Part shown: one piece after another, positions 26,281-38,745 of the stretch | How the letters are laid out: each line of letters opens with the position of its first letter | Position numbering within the stretch: the stretch's first letter is position 1 | NCBI GenBank assembly: GCA_013265495.1 | Contig: MU058037.1 | Coordinates: 683,498 to 747,497 of the forward strand | Reading direction: 5' to 3' | Origin: Vicugna vicugna | Lineage: Eukaryota | DNA: 64,000 bases | Position numbers and translations under genes: made by a program | The notes under the pieces: model-generated | Database searches by the model: none | Seen by the model: the letters and a program-made list of their open reading frames with translations, nothing else | Told to the model about the DNA's origin: nothing

Positions 26281-26839
26281 AAGTCCGACAAATTAGATTT
26301 TTGCTAGAATCTCTCTGGGCTTAATCAAATCAATGTGAGCACATGGCAAAATAAAAGAAATCCATTCCCACTTTATTCCTTGAAAGCTCTTAATAAAAGA
26401 TGGAAGGGACAATGTGAGGCCCTTTATTCTGTCATTCTAGCAAAAAAAAATTGTGTTTTGTTTTTGAGTAGACCACAATATAATGTATGAAATATATTTT
26501 GGCCAAATTAATAGCATCATACCGCAGAAATACTTTGCCTCTGATGTTATGTGATCAGTTTATGCTATAGTTTCGCTGTAGCAATCAAGTAACCTCTTCT
26601 ATCATGTGAATAGGGATAAATATAAACCCAACAATATGCAGGAAAGAACTAAAGGGGCATCATGGAATTGGAGAGTTTGCCTACATACCCACCACTACCA
26701 CCCTTGACTAAGATTACTACCTGACACTTATGACACAAGGGGATTTAAATAGGGAATCATTTTTCTCATATTATGGAAAGTTTTATGCAGATACTATGAT
26801 CATTATATACAGAACCTAAGACCAAATTCTTAAACTAAA

Positions 26840-27060
26840 AATAATAATCACTATCATGTATCGAGTACCTCATATGTGTCAAGTAGAACACATGGTGCTT
26901 TATTGCCATTTTATCGTTTATTATTGAAACTAAACTATTGTGATGTAGATATTTATTCCTATTTTTTTAAATAAGAATACTGACGCTCAGACCATGCAGC
27001 TGATAATTAGGGAAGCTGGGATTAGAATTTCATTGTATTGAGCGCCAAAGCCCATTCCCT
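26840..27060 (-). mobile_element. MIR SINE
   Basis: tatcgagtacctcatatgtgtcaag..attcctatttttttaaataagaatactgacgctcaga..gctgggattagaat. Confidence 0.6.
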
Positions 27061-27676
27061 TGACAACTTGGCTACATTACACAATTAGAATGTTGTAGAT
27101 ATTATGGTAGCCAGGAGTCTACTGCTAACTCCCAATTCTTTTTCACATAGGAAGTTAGTGAATTAGCTTCAACCAGAAATGTTTAGGTCTCTCTTTCAGT
27201 TATCTTTCATCTTTATGTACTGCCATTTTTCCTCTCATTTTTTGCAGTCTTCTCCTGGGTGTGGTGAAGACTTGAATACTCTTTTTTCAGTAACCTGATT
27301 TCCAGTTATTCCTTTTCTAATTATTTGGACTTTGCTGCCAACTCCTTTTGCACACATGCTCTTCTATTCTGGAGTTTCTCTCTCCTGATGACTTATCTTC
27401 ACCTTCTGGTCATTACTGTTGTAGCTCCATGGTACACTGTTCTCCATTTCTGTCACTTGTTGCTTGCTTGGCACATTCTCTGTTTTTTGAAAATATGTTT
27501 CATGCAATTGTCCTGTGACATTCATGTCCATAAAAATTTGCCTTCTCTTCTATGGACCAGTTCTTAGAACCTATCCATAATTAATCTTCTAGACAGTTAA
27601 GGGCTTAATTATTTTCATCTACTCCATCTCTTTCTTTTGGGCAGCAATACAGTGGCCACTAGGAGGACAGTTTCCT

Positions 27677-27877
27677 TAGAGCAATTCTCAAACTTCAGCC
27701 TGTATAAGAACCACCTGAAGGACTGGTGAAAACACAGAATGTTAAGCCCCACCCTCAAAGTTTCTGATTTCATAGGTCTTGGGCAGAAGCAGAGTAAATG
27801 CTAAGACTTTGCTCTTCTAACACATTCTCAGATGATGTTTATGCTAGAGGTCCAGAGACCACACTTTGAAAACACTG
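27677..27877. mobile_element. MER5A/B-like hAT-Charlie MITE
   Basis: ttctcaaacttcagcctgtataagaaccacctgaagga...ccccaccctcaaagtttctgatt...ggtccagagaccacactttgaaaacactg. Confidence 0.8.
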
Positions 27878-27969
27878 CTTTAGACTGAGGGGAAAAAGAA
27901 AGCTAGTCTACCATGTCCCCATAGCATAGTATCCTTGTTGAGAACTCAGTCGTTTGACAATTCCTTAAA

Positions 27970-28500
27970 ACCATCTGCCATATCTCAGCACATTTATTAG
28001 GTAGTGTGTATAAAAAGATAAAAAAGCCTTTATCCAGAATTTCAAGGAATTCATGGCTTGATAAGAGACATGTATGTAAATGAATAAATGCAATACAGTA
28101 ATAATAAGGCCTGTAACAGTGGTAAAACAAGATAGCCAGAAGACAGAGAGGCGGTGGTTACTTCTCTCCTTAGAGGTTACATCAGGGTTTATTAAGTGGA
28201 AATAACAGTTAAAAGGAGCCTTCAGAGGAGGTGTAGGTAGCAAATTCTAGGCAAATAGAAGTGTGTTCAAAACCACAGAAATCTAATGTTTGCAGAGGTG
28301 AAGGGGATTGGTCGGTTTTTGGTATGCTTTAAGTGTTGAGTGAAGTGGAGATATTAAAGGAATATGATTGAACAAATAGTGAGATTGGATCTTGTGTGTA
28401 ATCTAACATGACCTTTTCCTGGGGTTGAGAGAGTAATTTGTGTATCAGTGAAGAACGTTATTAGACTTGAGCTTTGGAAGTATCACTGTGGAAGATGGTT
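27970..28500 (-). mobile_element. L2 fragment
   Basis: cagcacatttattagg..ttcaaggaattcatggct..; purine-rich reverse L2 body. Confidence 0.5.
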
Positions 28501-29869
28501 GGGAGGAAGGAAGAACATGGTGCCAAATAGAAAGCATGGATACCCTAGAATCAAAAGAGAGACTCTCATAGACTGGGATACCAAAGATTTTGATACAAGG
28601 GAAAGTTCTGTTTAGTTTAGAAATACTCTGTAAACATTGTATTGTAATGATTTCTTTACGTGCCTGTCTTACACAGTACACTAAAAATTCCTTTGGTCAT
28701 CTTTGTATCAACACTGTGGGAGTACCTGACCTGGCTTTAGTACGAGCTCTAGAAATTTCTCAGTGAATAGAAAATTAATGAAACCCAGTGTATCATTTAT
28801 TTTCCTTTGGATTTCAGTCCTATTCCCTATAAAATGGGGAGGAAAGGATTTATTTCATTCTCCCCAGGATATGATAAATGAATGGATGAATATTAATAAA
28901 GTGATATATACTTATTAGGAAGCAAGTAGAAATGGATGGCATCCTGGTGATGGGATTTATCACACAAATGATAACCAGTTGAACCTTCATTTATTTGAAT
29001 AAAATTTCTGAAATTATCTCCAAATTGCTTTGGTAAAGATAGCTGGACTGAATTAAAACTGTTATTACAGAAGTCTCCAAATGTCCATTAATTCTTTTGC
29101 GCAAGCAGACTAATTTGCAGAAGATTTACCCATTCCTGTATGAAACCAAGGCACTGCTGGTTCTGTCAGATAATTTTCTCAATGACATAACTAGGCAATT
29201 AAATAAACTGCAAAAAAGAAATAGTTCATTGCTTTCGGAACCTCCCATTCTGAAAGGAGTGAAATTCTTACCCGTAAGTGACTAGGTATCACCAGCTAAA
29301 CAGAAATTTTAAAAATAACTTGTTTTTAATTGTACCTATTTACTTTCCTGATCACTCTTTTCCTTAACACTCTAGCATTGGCAAGACCAAGACATTTTCA
29401 TGCTTCTGTGATTATACTTGTTCTTTCTAATAGCAATATAAATGTTCAGGGATTCAGATTCCAAGTACAAAAGAAATAGTGAAATCAGAACTACATTTAG
29501 ACATGCTAGAGATTCAAACCTAAGAGATAACATCCTAGAAAAACAGGGAAGGGAGAAGTGGTTACAAAATAAAGGAGAATTTGACTTTTTTTTTCCAACA
29601 GAGGATGCTAGTTGGCCTTCAAAAATATGAGGGCTACGGATCCTGAACCTTGAATTCTAGATCCATTTCATCCTGGGGAAAAAAAGAGATTCTTAAACAT
29701 GAAAAGGATTTGGAAAATATACTAAATGCACACACTCTTTTCCTAAAAGTAATATGGCTGAAAGATATGGTCCAGCAAAACTAAAACACAATTCATAAAA
29801 GAGGAAGCTATCAGATACAAGAAACAGTGTGAGCAGAGAAAACAACAAAATCCATCCTTTAGCTGAAAC

Positions 29870-29975
29870 CAGTTTTTTTTCCAATGGGGGTGCTGTGGGC
29901 ATTTTGGGTGAACAACTGCTTGTTTTGTAGACTGTCCTGCCTATTGCAAAATGCCAAGCATCTATGACCCCCAGT
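29870..29975. mobile_element. MER3/MER20-like hAT fragment
   Basis: gggggtgctgtgggcattttgggtgaacaactgcttgttttgtagactgtcctgcctattgcaaaatg. Confidence 0.55.
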
Positions 29976-30479
29976 TTTAAAGAAAGAGTTCTGAGAACAA
30001 TAGAGACATAACACTTTTTAAAGTGAATAAAAAGCTAGAACAATAATACTGGGGGGGCAAGGAGTTATAGATAATGTTTATTGTGGTTCTTTGTATTATG
30101 AAAATTAGTATCTCAATGAGAATGATATGAACATGACAAAAGGCAACAAAGTGTAAAGTATACTTCACTCTAAGCCTCATTCTTGCTTCCCAGACTGTCT
30201 TCAGCTTTTGTACATGCTGCCGTAACATATTTATCAATGTGAGTGTATCATATACACATACTCATCTGCAGCTTCCTTTTTCCGCTTAATTTACCTAGCA
30301 GACATCTCCAAACCAGCACAAAAATAAACCTTAAACATCTTTGTTTTTGTTTTATGTTTGCTCATTTTTGTTAAATGTATTATAAACAATATGCATGGAA
30401 AATAAATGAAAGAAAGGATTTTGATAGACTTTGCAAAAAGCTACTTATCAGCTATGATTGGATCATAATTGAGGGGCAC

Positions 30480-31180
30480 TTGGCCTTGCCTTGGAGGTGA
30501 ATACGGCTTCTTGGAAGAGCCACGGCCTGAGCAGAGGTGGAAAGGGGAAAAGAGAGAGGCATGTCGGGCAGAGGGAGCATGAACCATCTATTTGGTGTCT
30601 ATAGAGGATGACAGACAGTTTGGTATTGCCCAACGGAGATTGATGGAAAGAAGTGGGGAACAGAAGACAGGCAAGACCTGGTCATGGAAGGCTTTGTTGG
30701 CTGACAAAGAGGCTGGACTTTATCTTGGGAACCATTTGGCAAATTTCAGGTATTTTCAAATGGGAAATGGTGAAGCCATATTTGTGTTTTGGAATGACTT
30801 CTCTAATGACTGAACAGATTTGAGCAGGTAAGATCAAAAAAGAAAAATCAGAAAAGGAGGCTATTGTAAAGGTCTGAGAGTCAGAGGATGAAGATTTGGA
30901 CTAAGACACGTAGAGAAAGGAAAGGAAAGATTTAGAGATATTTAGGGAGGAGAACAGACAGAACTGAGACTTGTTTTATGTAGGGTACAAGGAAAGAGTT
31001 GAGTGCCAGCTTTCTGATTTGAAAATACAAGAGTAGGAATGAATGTAGAAGAGGAAGAAAAAAAATTCCATTTTGAACTTGTTTGAGGATTTTAAGTTTC
31101 CTATAGGATATCTGCCATGTATTTTTCAAGTGGAAGTTGTAAAATCTATGTCATATAAATTCACGGGGAGAAAATGAATT
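30480..31180 (-). mobile_element. L2 fragment
   Basis: ggctggactttatcttgggaacc..ggaggctattgtaaaggtctgagagtcagaggatg..agagatatttagggaggagaacagacagaact. Confidence 0.7.
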
Positions 31181-31229
31181 CACTGGGAAATCTTGGGAAC
31201 AGAAAGGCTCAACTGATATGGAAGACTCT

Positions 31230-31596
31230 TATTCTGTCAGTCTCTGTGGTGAACAAGATGGCCTCCAGTTTCCAGACTCATGTCCAACCGACCAGCTCAG
31301 TAACCTGAGGGAATAGTTGTAGCAGCAAAGATCTGGGAGGGGCTCCAGTTGGGAGCCCCAATCTGGGAGCAGTTTAATCAGCTCATTCACTCAACTAATC
31401 AGTCATGAAAGAAGCAAGGTACTCTGATTGATCAGGCCTGGACTGACTCTTACATCATGGGTTGGGAGTGGGGTTAGCTCCACTCCAAACACATGTAATG
31501 ACACCGCCCATAAAAAAAAGACACTTCTTACACTAGAATGAAGGGAGATAAGAGGAGAGATGCCAGAGAGGCAAAAAGTACAGATGTCTACTACTA
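31230..31596 (-). mobile_element. MaLR LTR (MLT1K/L-like)
   Basis: caagatggcctccag...ctctgattgatcaggcctgga...gatgccagagaggcaaaaagtacagatgtctactac (reverse MLT1K-type 5' end). Confidence 0.6.
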
Positions 31597-32149
31597 CATA
31601 GTAAGGGATATATTCAGCAGAAAATTCTATACCACGGGCCTTAAGCTAGGTGACATTAGAGAGAACCTTTCATTTAAGTGGAGTTTTGGAGTAACATTAG
31701 ATGGCCTGAAATTTTTAATGACTGGTAAGAGACTGTTCTTGTGACAGAGACTGAAGAAGTTGTGGGACCATCCTGAGATTTCATTGAAGGCAAGGGAAGG
31801 CCCATGGAGCAGGTTTGAAAGGACAGTGGGAGACAGTACCACATGGATTCCAGCTCATTCAGTAAAATAATTATGTTTTTTGGGGGAAAAAAAAGAACAT
31901 GTATGTGAGGAGAAAATATCCAATAATGCAAAAGAGCGCAAAATGAAATATATCTCCTTCTCCTCTTTCCACTTTTAGCCCCCCACAACACACACACACA
32001 CACACACGAAACCACTATGACAAGTCCTACCTTTATCTCTTCTGTGTTCTATCAGTTTTTTGTAAAAGTCCTATGTCATGGTTTATCCTGTTTAGATAAT
32101 CTCAGTCTCTCTCCCTCCCTCTAATTTCCTTCCTCCCTTTCTCCCTCTT

Positions 32150-33600
32150 TCCCTTGCTCTCATAAAATATAAGTAACTTGGCACTTTTTACCATATCCCC
32201 CATCTTCTCTTCCTTTTTATATTTGTTGTAAAATTTTGGTACATGATATTTGTCAGATGAAAGAAGTTTTCTTCTACTCTGATTTGTTAGAAGTTATTAT
32301 GGTGACATGGGATTCATTTTTATTAACTTTACCCATGCCTGTTAGATGACTGTATGATTTTTCTTATTTAAATGTTAATATAATGCTATAAACTGATATT
32401 CTAGTATTATGTCAACCTTGAAATCCTTGAATAAGTTAACACTGGTCATAATACCAAGCCCTTCCTGACCTTGGTAGCAAGTCATCATGAAGTTCAATCC
32501 CTCAGGATTCACTGGACTTTTGAAATCTAAGAACTGTTGTCTTTAATTTCTGGGGAATTATCATCAAGTTTCTTTTCAGATGTTCTCTAACATGAACCTC
32601 TTACTTCTCTCCTTCTGGAACTCCAGATAGAAATATGGTAGATTTTGTCATTGGTGCTCCAGGTCTATTTACTATTTTCCATCTTTTTGTCTTTCTGTGC
32701 CTCCCACTGACTCATTTCTTCAGGTTCATCTTCTTGTTGCCTAATTCTGTATATAAATTAACTATTAAACTAACTCTTTAACACTAAAATTATATTTTTA
32801 TTTTCATTTTTTTCATGTCTGGAATTTCTCATTGGTCCTTTTTCAAAGGTTCTGTGTCATTTATAATAGTTCATATATCCTAGTTGATTTAGGTATAAAA
32901 TCATGAGTTTCTCTCTCAGAATGTTAAAGGCCTTTTTGCATAATTGCATAATGTTCTAGCTTGCAGTTATGCTTATGTAAAATATGATTCCTGTCTGATT
33001 CTTCAGAATGTATACTAACTCTGATTGTCTCTGCCTCTTCCTCTCCTCTCTCTCTCTCACTCATTCACACACACACTGTGCGACTCTTCTTTGTTCTGTT
33101 TCTGAAAATATTTAGACTCTTTCATTTTTCATTGTTGTTTAAACATATCAGAGTAAGTCTGGGTGTAAGTTGTTTGCATTATTCCTATCTGCAATCAGAG
33201 ACTGGGTGAGGGGAGGGTACAGCTCAGTGGTAGAACACATGCTTAGCATGCACAAGGTCCTGGGTTCAATCCTCAGTACTGCCATTAAACAAACAAACAA
33301 ACAAACAAACCTAATTACCTCCCCCCTCCAAAAAAAACCCCAAAAAACAAAGACACCCAGAACATATACATAGAGAGAGAGAGAGGATATTTTGAGTTGA
33401 GAACATATATTGAAATTAGGGAAAATTTTCTCCTATTTCTCCATTTATTTCCTCTGTTCCATTATATTAGTTATCCATATCCAAGACTCATTACTAGACT
33501 GTTGGACTTCCTAGATTGATTTTTTTTCCACTCAATCGTATTTTCTATTTCTGTCCATTTGTTCTTTATTCAGAAATACATCTTTACTTATGTTACGAAG
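32150..33600 (-). mobile_element. Old L1M fragments (ORF2/ORF1 region), highly decayed
   Basis: aagttttcttctactctgatttgttagaagtt..., tctctccttctggaactccagataga..., gaaattagggaaaattttctcc. Confidence 0.55.
33210..33350 (+). mobile_element. tRNA-Ala-derived SINE (vic-1-like), copy 5, with internal (AAAC)n
   Basis: gggagggtacagctcagtggtagaacacatgcttagcatgcacaaggtcctgggttcaatcc...aaacctaattacctccccc. Confidence 0.92.
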
Positions 33601-33868
33601 AACTTTAATTAGAGTAAAATGGAACCTCTATATAAGCACTTTCATTCACTGCACATGCTACAAGTGCTCGTCTTCACTAGGTCCAGATTCCTTTACTGAT
33701 AAAATGCACACATTAAAAAAAAAGATAGATCTATAGAAACCTAGGAATAGAGCCTGCCTCAGCCAGCCCTAACTTGTAACGTGAGCAAGCAAAATTTTAA
33801 ATTGTAAAGTCCTTGAAACACAAGTGCATTTTGTACCACTATATTAAAGGCTCACATTTAGTGAAATA

Positions 33869-34288
33869 CAGGTATACTTCATTTTATTGTGCTTCACTCT
33901 ATTGCACTTTGCAGATACTGTATTTTTTATAAACTGAAGGTTTGTAGCAATCCTACATTGAGCAAGTCTGTCAGTGCCATTTTCTCCAACAGCATTTGCC
34001 CACTTCATGTCTCTCTTACATTTTGGTAATTCTCACAATATCTTAAATCCTTCACCAGCAAAGATTACAACTTGCTAAAGGCTCAGATGATAATTACTAT
34101 TTTTTAGCAATAAAGAATTTTTAAATTAAGATATGTACATTTTTTAGGCATAATGCTATTACACATTTAATCGACCACAGTATAGTGTAAATATACTTTA
34201 ATATGTACTGGAAAACCAAAAATTTTGTGTGACTTGCTTTATTGTGGTGGTCTGGAACTGAACCTACAACATCTCTGAGGTATGTCTG
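33869..34288 (+). mobile_element. Tigger1 internal-deletion derivative (Tigger1a-type MITE)
   Basis: Termini caggtatacttc.../...gaggtatgtctg flanked by TA dinucleotides (33867-68, 34289-90); Tigger1 left end joined directly to right end. Confidence 0.92.
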
Positions 34289-34971
34289 TAATTAAAAAGT
34301 AATGAATCTTACTCCTGTAGATGAACATAGGGATTAATGAAGGCAATATTGTCCAGAGCCAGAGGGTGAATCATGAAGTGGAAGCTGAGGGAAGCAGAGA
34401 GTCATCATCAGTGGGTGCTGTGAATATTACTGGTACTAATTATTCAAGATAATAATATGGAAATTTGAGTTTGAATATAATACTTTTCCCACCAACATGT
34501 GACATGACCATTACTGTAGACCACAACATTAAAAATTTATTGACTATTGAATACCTGATTTGTGCACCAAGCTTGTAAACTCAGAGGGCACACAGGCTTC
34601 AAATTATATTCCTTGGCTTTATACTGAATTTAAATTCCATCTTCTCCTGATTTAGGAAATACAGAGAAAAGCATGTGGTTATCTATAATAGGACAAAGAT
34701 GTCATTATATTCCATTTTATCTTCTATAGTTTGGAATATTTGTCTGATTTCTATCTCCTAGCCCAAGTAATCATATGCCAGAGTCCAAATTATTATGATG
34801 AAATATAGAATGAGTTTTATCCTACTGGAAAAAACCGGTTAACTTGTATTGAATTTATATTAATTTATAGAGAATTAAAACTGGTACAATATCAAACCAG
34901 CTGTTTCTAACATTACTTTTTATTCATCTCTCTTTATACATTACTCATCTATTCTTATATGTTGTCTACTA

Positions 34972-35800
34972 CAGTAGCCACCCCACTCCCTTATCCAGGG
35001 TTTCATTTTCTGTAGTTTCATTACCCATGGTCAGCCATGGTCTGAAAATATTAAATGGAAAATACCAGAAATAATTCATAAGTTTTAAATTGTACACCGT
35101 TCTGAGTAGCATAATGAAATCTCATACCATCCCCCTCCATCCCACCCAAGACGTCAATCAACCCCTTTGTCCAGTGTATGCCACCCATAACTCATTTAGT
35201 AGCCATCTCAGTTATCAGATCTGCTGTTGCGATATTACAGTGCTTATGTTCAAGTGACATTTACTTTACTTAATAGCCCCAAAGAGTAAGAATAGTGATG
35301 CTGATGATTCAGATATGCCAAAGAGAAACTGTAAAGTGCTGCTTTTAAGTGAAAAGGTAAAAATTCCAAGTTTAATAAAACAATTGTATGCTGAGGTTAC
35401 TAATATATAAACTAAGGACAAATCTTCTATCCATGAAATTCTGAAGAAGGAGAGAAATTCATGCAGATTTTGCTGTTGCACCTTAAAGTGCAAAAAGTTA
35501 TAGCCACAATGTGTGATAAGTACTTAGTTAAGATGGAAAAGGCACTATGTTTGTACAATAAGATACTTGGAGAGAGACCACATTCACATAACTTTTATAT
35601 CAGTATATTAATTATAATTGTTCATTTTATTATTAGTTATTGTTCTTAATCTATGTGTAATTTAAAAATTAAACTTTAGCATAGGTATGTATGTACAGGA
35701 AAAAAATTGTATATATAGATTTTGGTACTATCTGCAGTTTCAGGCATCTATCTACTGGGGGTTGTGGAACATATCTCCCAAGGATAAAGGGGGGCTACTG
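34972..35800 (+). mobile_element. MER44/Tigger7 derivative with decayed transposase N-terminus
   Basis: TIR cagtagcc/ggctactg with TA TSDs; ATG at 35315 reads MPKRNCKVLLLSEKVK; later ATMCDKYLVKMEKAL (ORF 35461), pogo/Tigger-like. Confidence 0.9.
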
Positions 35801-35819
35801 TACTTCCATTAGATCCCTT

Positions 35820-37585
35820 AGCATATGATAGAAATTAAAAACACTCTAACAGAAATAAAGAATACCTTTGATGGGTTCATTAGCAGTGTGGGCACAGCTG
35901 AGAAAAGAATCTGTAAACTTGAGGACATGTGAATAGAAACTTCCAAAACTGAAAAACAAAGAGAAAAAAAAGATGGAAAATATGGAACATAATATCCAAA
36001 CAACTGTGGAGCAATTTCAAAAATTGTAATATATACATAATGGGAGTACTAGAAGGAGAAGAAAGAGGGAAAGGAACAGAAGAAATATTTCAAACAATAG
36101 TGATTTACTTATAGAGAAAAAAGATAATTACATGTGACTTCTCCTCAGTAACCATGAAATAAGAAGAGAGTGGAGTGACATATTTATTGTGTTGACTTAA
36201 AAAAAAAACAACCTAGAATTCTGTACCCTGTGAAATTATTGTTCAGAAGTGAGGGAGAAATAAAGACTTTCTCAGACAAACAAAGATTGACGGAATTGTT
36301 CAAGTGAATCTGCCTTGTGTGAAGCATTTTTAAAAGTTCTTCTGAGAAGAGAGAAATGACATAGCTTGGATCCGCATAAAACAGGAAGAGCACCAGAGTA
36401 GGAATCAGTGGTAAATCAGTAGGAATCAGAAGGTAAAAAATTTTTTAAGTTTTCTTATTCGTATTTAACCTAACAGATAATAGTTTGTTCAAAAAAGCAA
36501 CAATATATTTAATGGTTATGCTTTATGGATAAGTAAAATGAATGGCAGTAATGATACAAGACAGAAGGGAGGAATTAGGTATGCTTTGTTATTGTAAGGT
36601 TCTTGCACCATGAAGTGGTATAGTGTAATTGGAAAGTGGATTTAGATTAGTTGTAAATGTAAACTGAAAGCTCTAGAGCAACCACAAAATGCGTTTAAAA
36701 AAATATATAGTTGATATGTTAAGAAAGGAGAGAAAATGGAATCATATAAAATGCTCAATCAAAATACAAAAGGCAGGAAAAAAGTTGAAGACAAAAATAA
36801 GAACAAAGGTCAAGGACCAAGAAACAGAAAACCGTTAAAAAAAAAAAGTATGATAGATATTAATCCACTATATCACTTTAAACAGCAATGGTCTAAATAC
36901 ACCAATTAAAAAACAGATTTTCTGAGTAGATTTTCAAAAGACAAGACTCAACTGTGTGTTGTCTACAAAACTCACTTTATTTTTTTTCATTTTCAGTTTT
37001 ATTAGGTAGAATTGTTACAGTTTGACTGCACATATACACTGTATTGCGTGTAAGTACATATACACAATATACTGCACATTTTTTAAAATTTACATATGTG
37101 TACTGTTCATTGCAAAACCCACTTTAAATATAAAGACATGTATAGATTGAAAGTAAAGGGATGGAGAAAGATAACATCATGCTAACAGTAATCAAAAGAA
37201 AGCTGGAGTAGCTATATTGATTTGAAATAGCAAACTTCAACACAAGGAAAATTATCAGGGATAAAGAAAGGTATTATATATGATAAAGGGATCAGTTCTC
37301 CAAGAAGACATAACAATCCTTAATCTGCATGCATCTAACAAAAGAACATCACTATACATAAGGCAAAAAGTGATTGAACGGCAAGGAAAAATAGATGAGT
37401 CCACTCTTATAGCTGGAGACTTCAACATCCTTCTAACAGTAATGAGCAGATCTGGCAAGCAGAAGCTCTATAAGGACAGAGTTGAACTCAACACTGTCAG
37501 TCAACTGGATCTAATTGATATATATAGAAAATTTCATACATTGGCAGCAGAATATACCTTCTTTTCAATCTCAAATGAAACGTTC
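35820..37585 (+). mobile_element. Old L1 (L1MC/MD-like): ORF1 C-terminal half, spacer and ORF2 endonuclease region, pseudogenised
   Basis: ORF 37280-37696 MIKGSVLQEDITILNLHASN...LIAGDFN...LDLIDIYR...EYTFFS is L1 APE-type endonuclease; upstream ORF1-like aacctagaattctgtaccc..gaaataaagactttctcagacaaacaaa. Confidence 0.9.
36980..37112 (-). mobile_element. 133-bp polyadenylated retro-insertion of uncertain source
   Basis: Poly-T start, reverse AATAAA near 36999, TSD caaaactcacttta 36966-36979 / caaaacccacttta 37113-37126. Confidence 0.7.
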
Positions 37586-38582
37586 CTCCTTTCACACTGC
37601 TGTCCAGGTGAACACAACCATATCTTTTATCAGCTAAAAATGCATATTTTATTAAATGTCTGCATCTGTATTTTAATCATGGAGCAGAATCCATAGTGTT
37701 TTGGTTTCTGCTATAGTTCTAAAATCAAAACAAGCTCTCTAAAATAAGACTTCCTTAATTCCCCCCAAATTATAAGGTTAATTATAGTTTTAATGTCACT
37801 TCCTTCATTCCTTCAGTCAGCTATTAATGCTGTCTTTCTTTATTTCTTCATTCAGCTATTCAAAAACTGCTTTTAGCATCTACTTTGTGGCTTATATTTT
37901 GCACAGCCTTCAATTAATTCTCTCACTGCCATTTTATTTTCCTTACTCTTCCACTCAAGGAGAATAACTCCTGATAACCTCTAGGAAAAGGGAGAATCTT
38001 GTGCCTCATCCACTCCCATCTGTGTATCTGATTTGTTTTTCTATCCATACCAACTTATCTTTGCATAGCATATTAAGGTTATATGAATATATTTATTTTC
38101 TGCAGTGTGGCAGAACTTGGTGAAGTAAAAATGAATGTAGGACAAAATCACTATTGCTGATTCTGAGAGGAAATATTAAAATACAATTTCCTGTGTGGCT
38201 TAAGTATCATAGTTCCACAAAATAACAAATTTGGGGGGAAAGTTATCAAAAAGACATAATCCATGCTCTTTAAATCTGTCACATCAGTGAAATGTTGTGA
38301 ATATACATATATGGTTCTTTCCCACATTTACAAAATGTAATTGTAGGTAGACAGTTGCCCTGGGAACTCTAAACCCACTTTTCTGACAGTTGTCACCTTG
38401 TTCCCAACCCAAGTTACTCTTTTTAATATAGTCCCAGATTTCATTATCAGCTATTTATTCTGAGGGGAAAAAAATTACAGAAGATCCTAGGGGAAGTTAA
38501 ATCAGAAAAATGTAAGGTTCTCCTATAGATTTTCTTATCCATGTATTTGAAGCCAGAAGATTCTGCTTTTCCATACAATTGG

Positions 38583-38613
<31 letters not shown>

Positions 38614-38745
38614 NNNNNNNNNNNNNNNNNNNNNNNNNNNNNNNNNNNNNNNNNNNNNNNNNNNNNNNNNNNNNNNNNNNNNNNNNNNNNNNNNNNNNNN
38701 NNNNNNNNNNNNNNNNNNNNNNNNNNNNNNNNNNNNNNNNNNNNN
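38614..38745. other. Assembly gap (132 N) between (TA)n microsatellite copies
   Basis: Run of N; (TA)n at 38584-38612 and ~38771-38797. Confidence 0.99.

Noticed and set aside
37280..37696. 138-aa ORF with a GDFN endonuclease motif as a host gene
   Set aside because: It is a decayed L1 ORF2 fragment, disrupted upstream by an insertion and running into unrelated sequence after ~37585.
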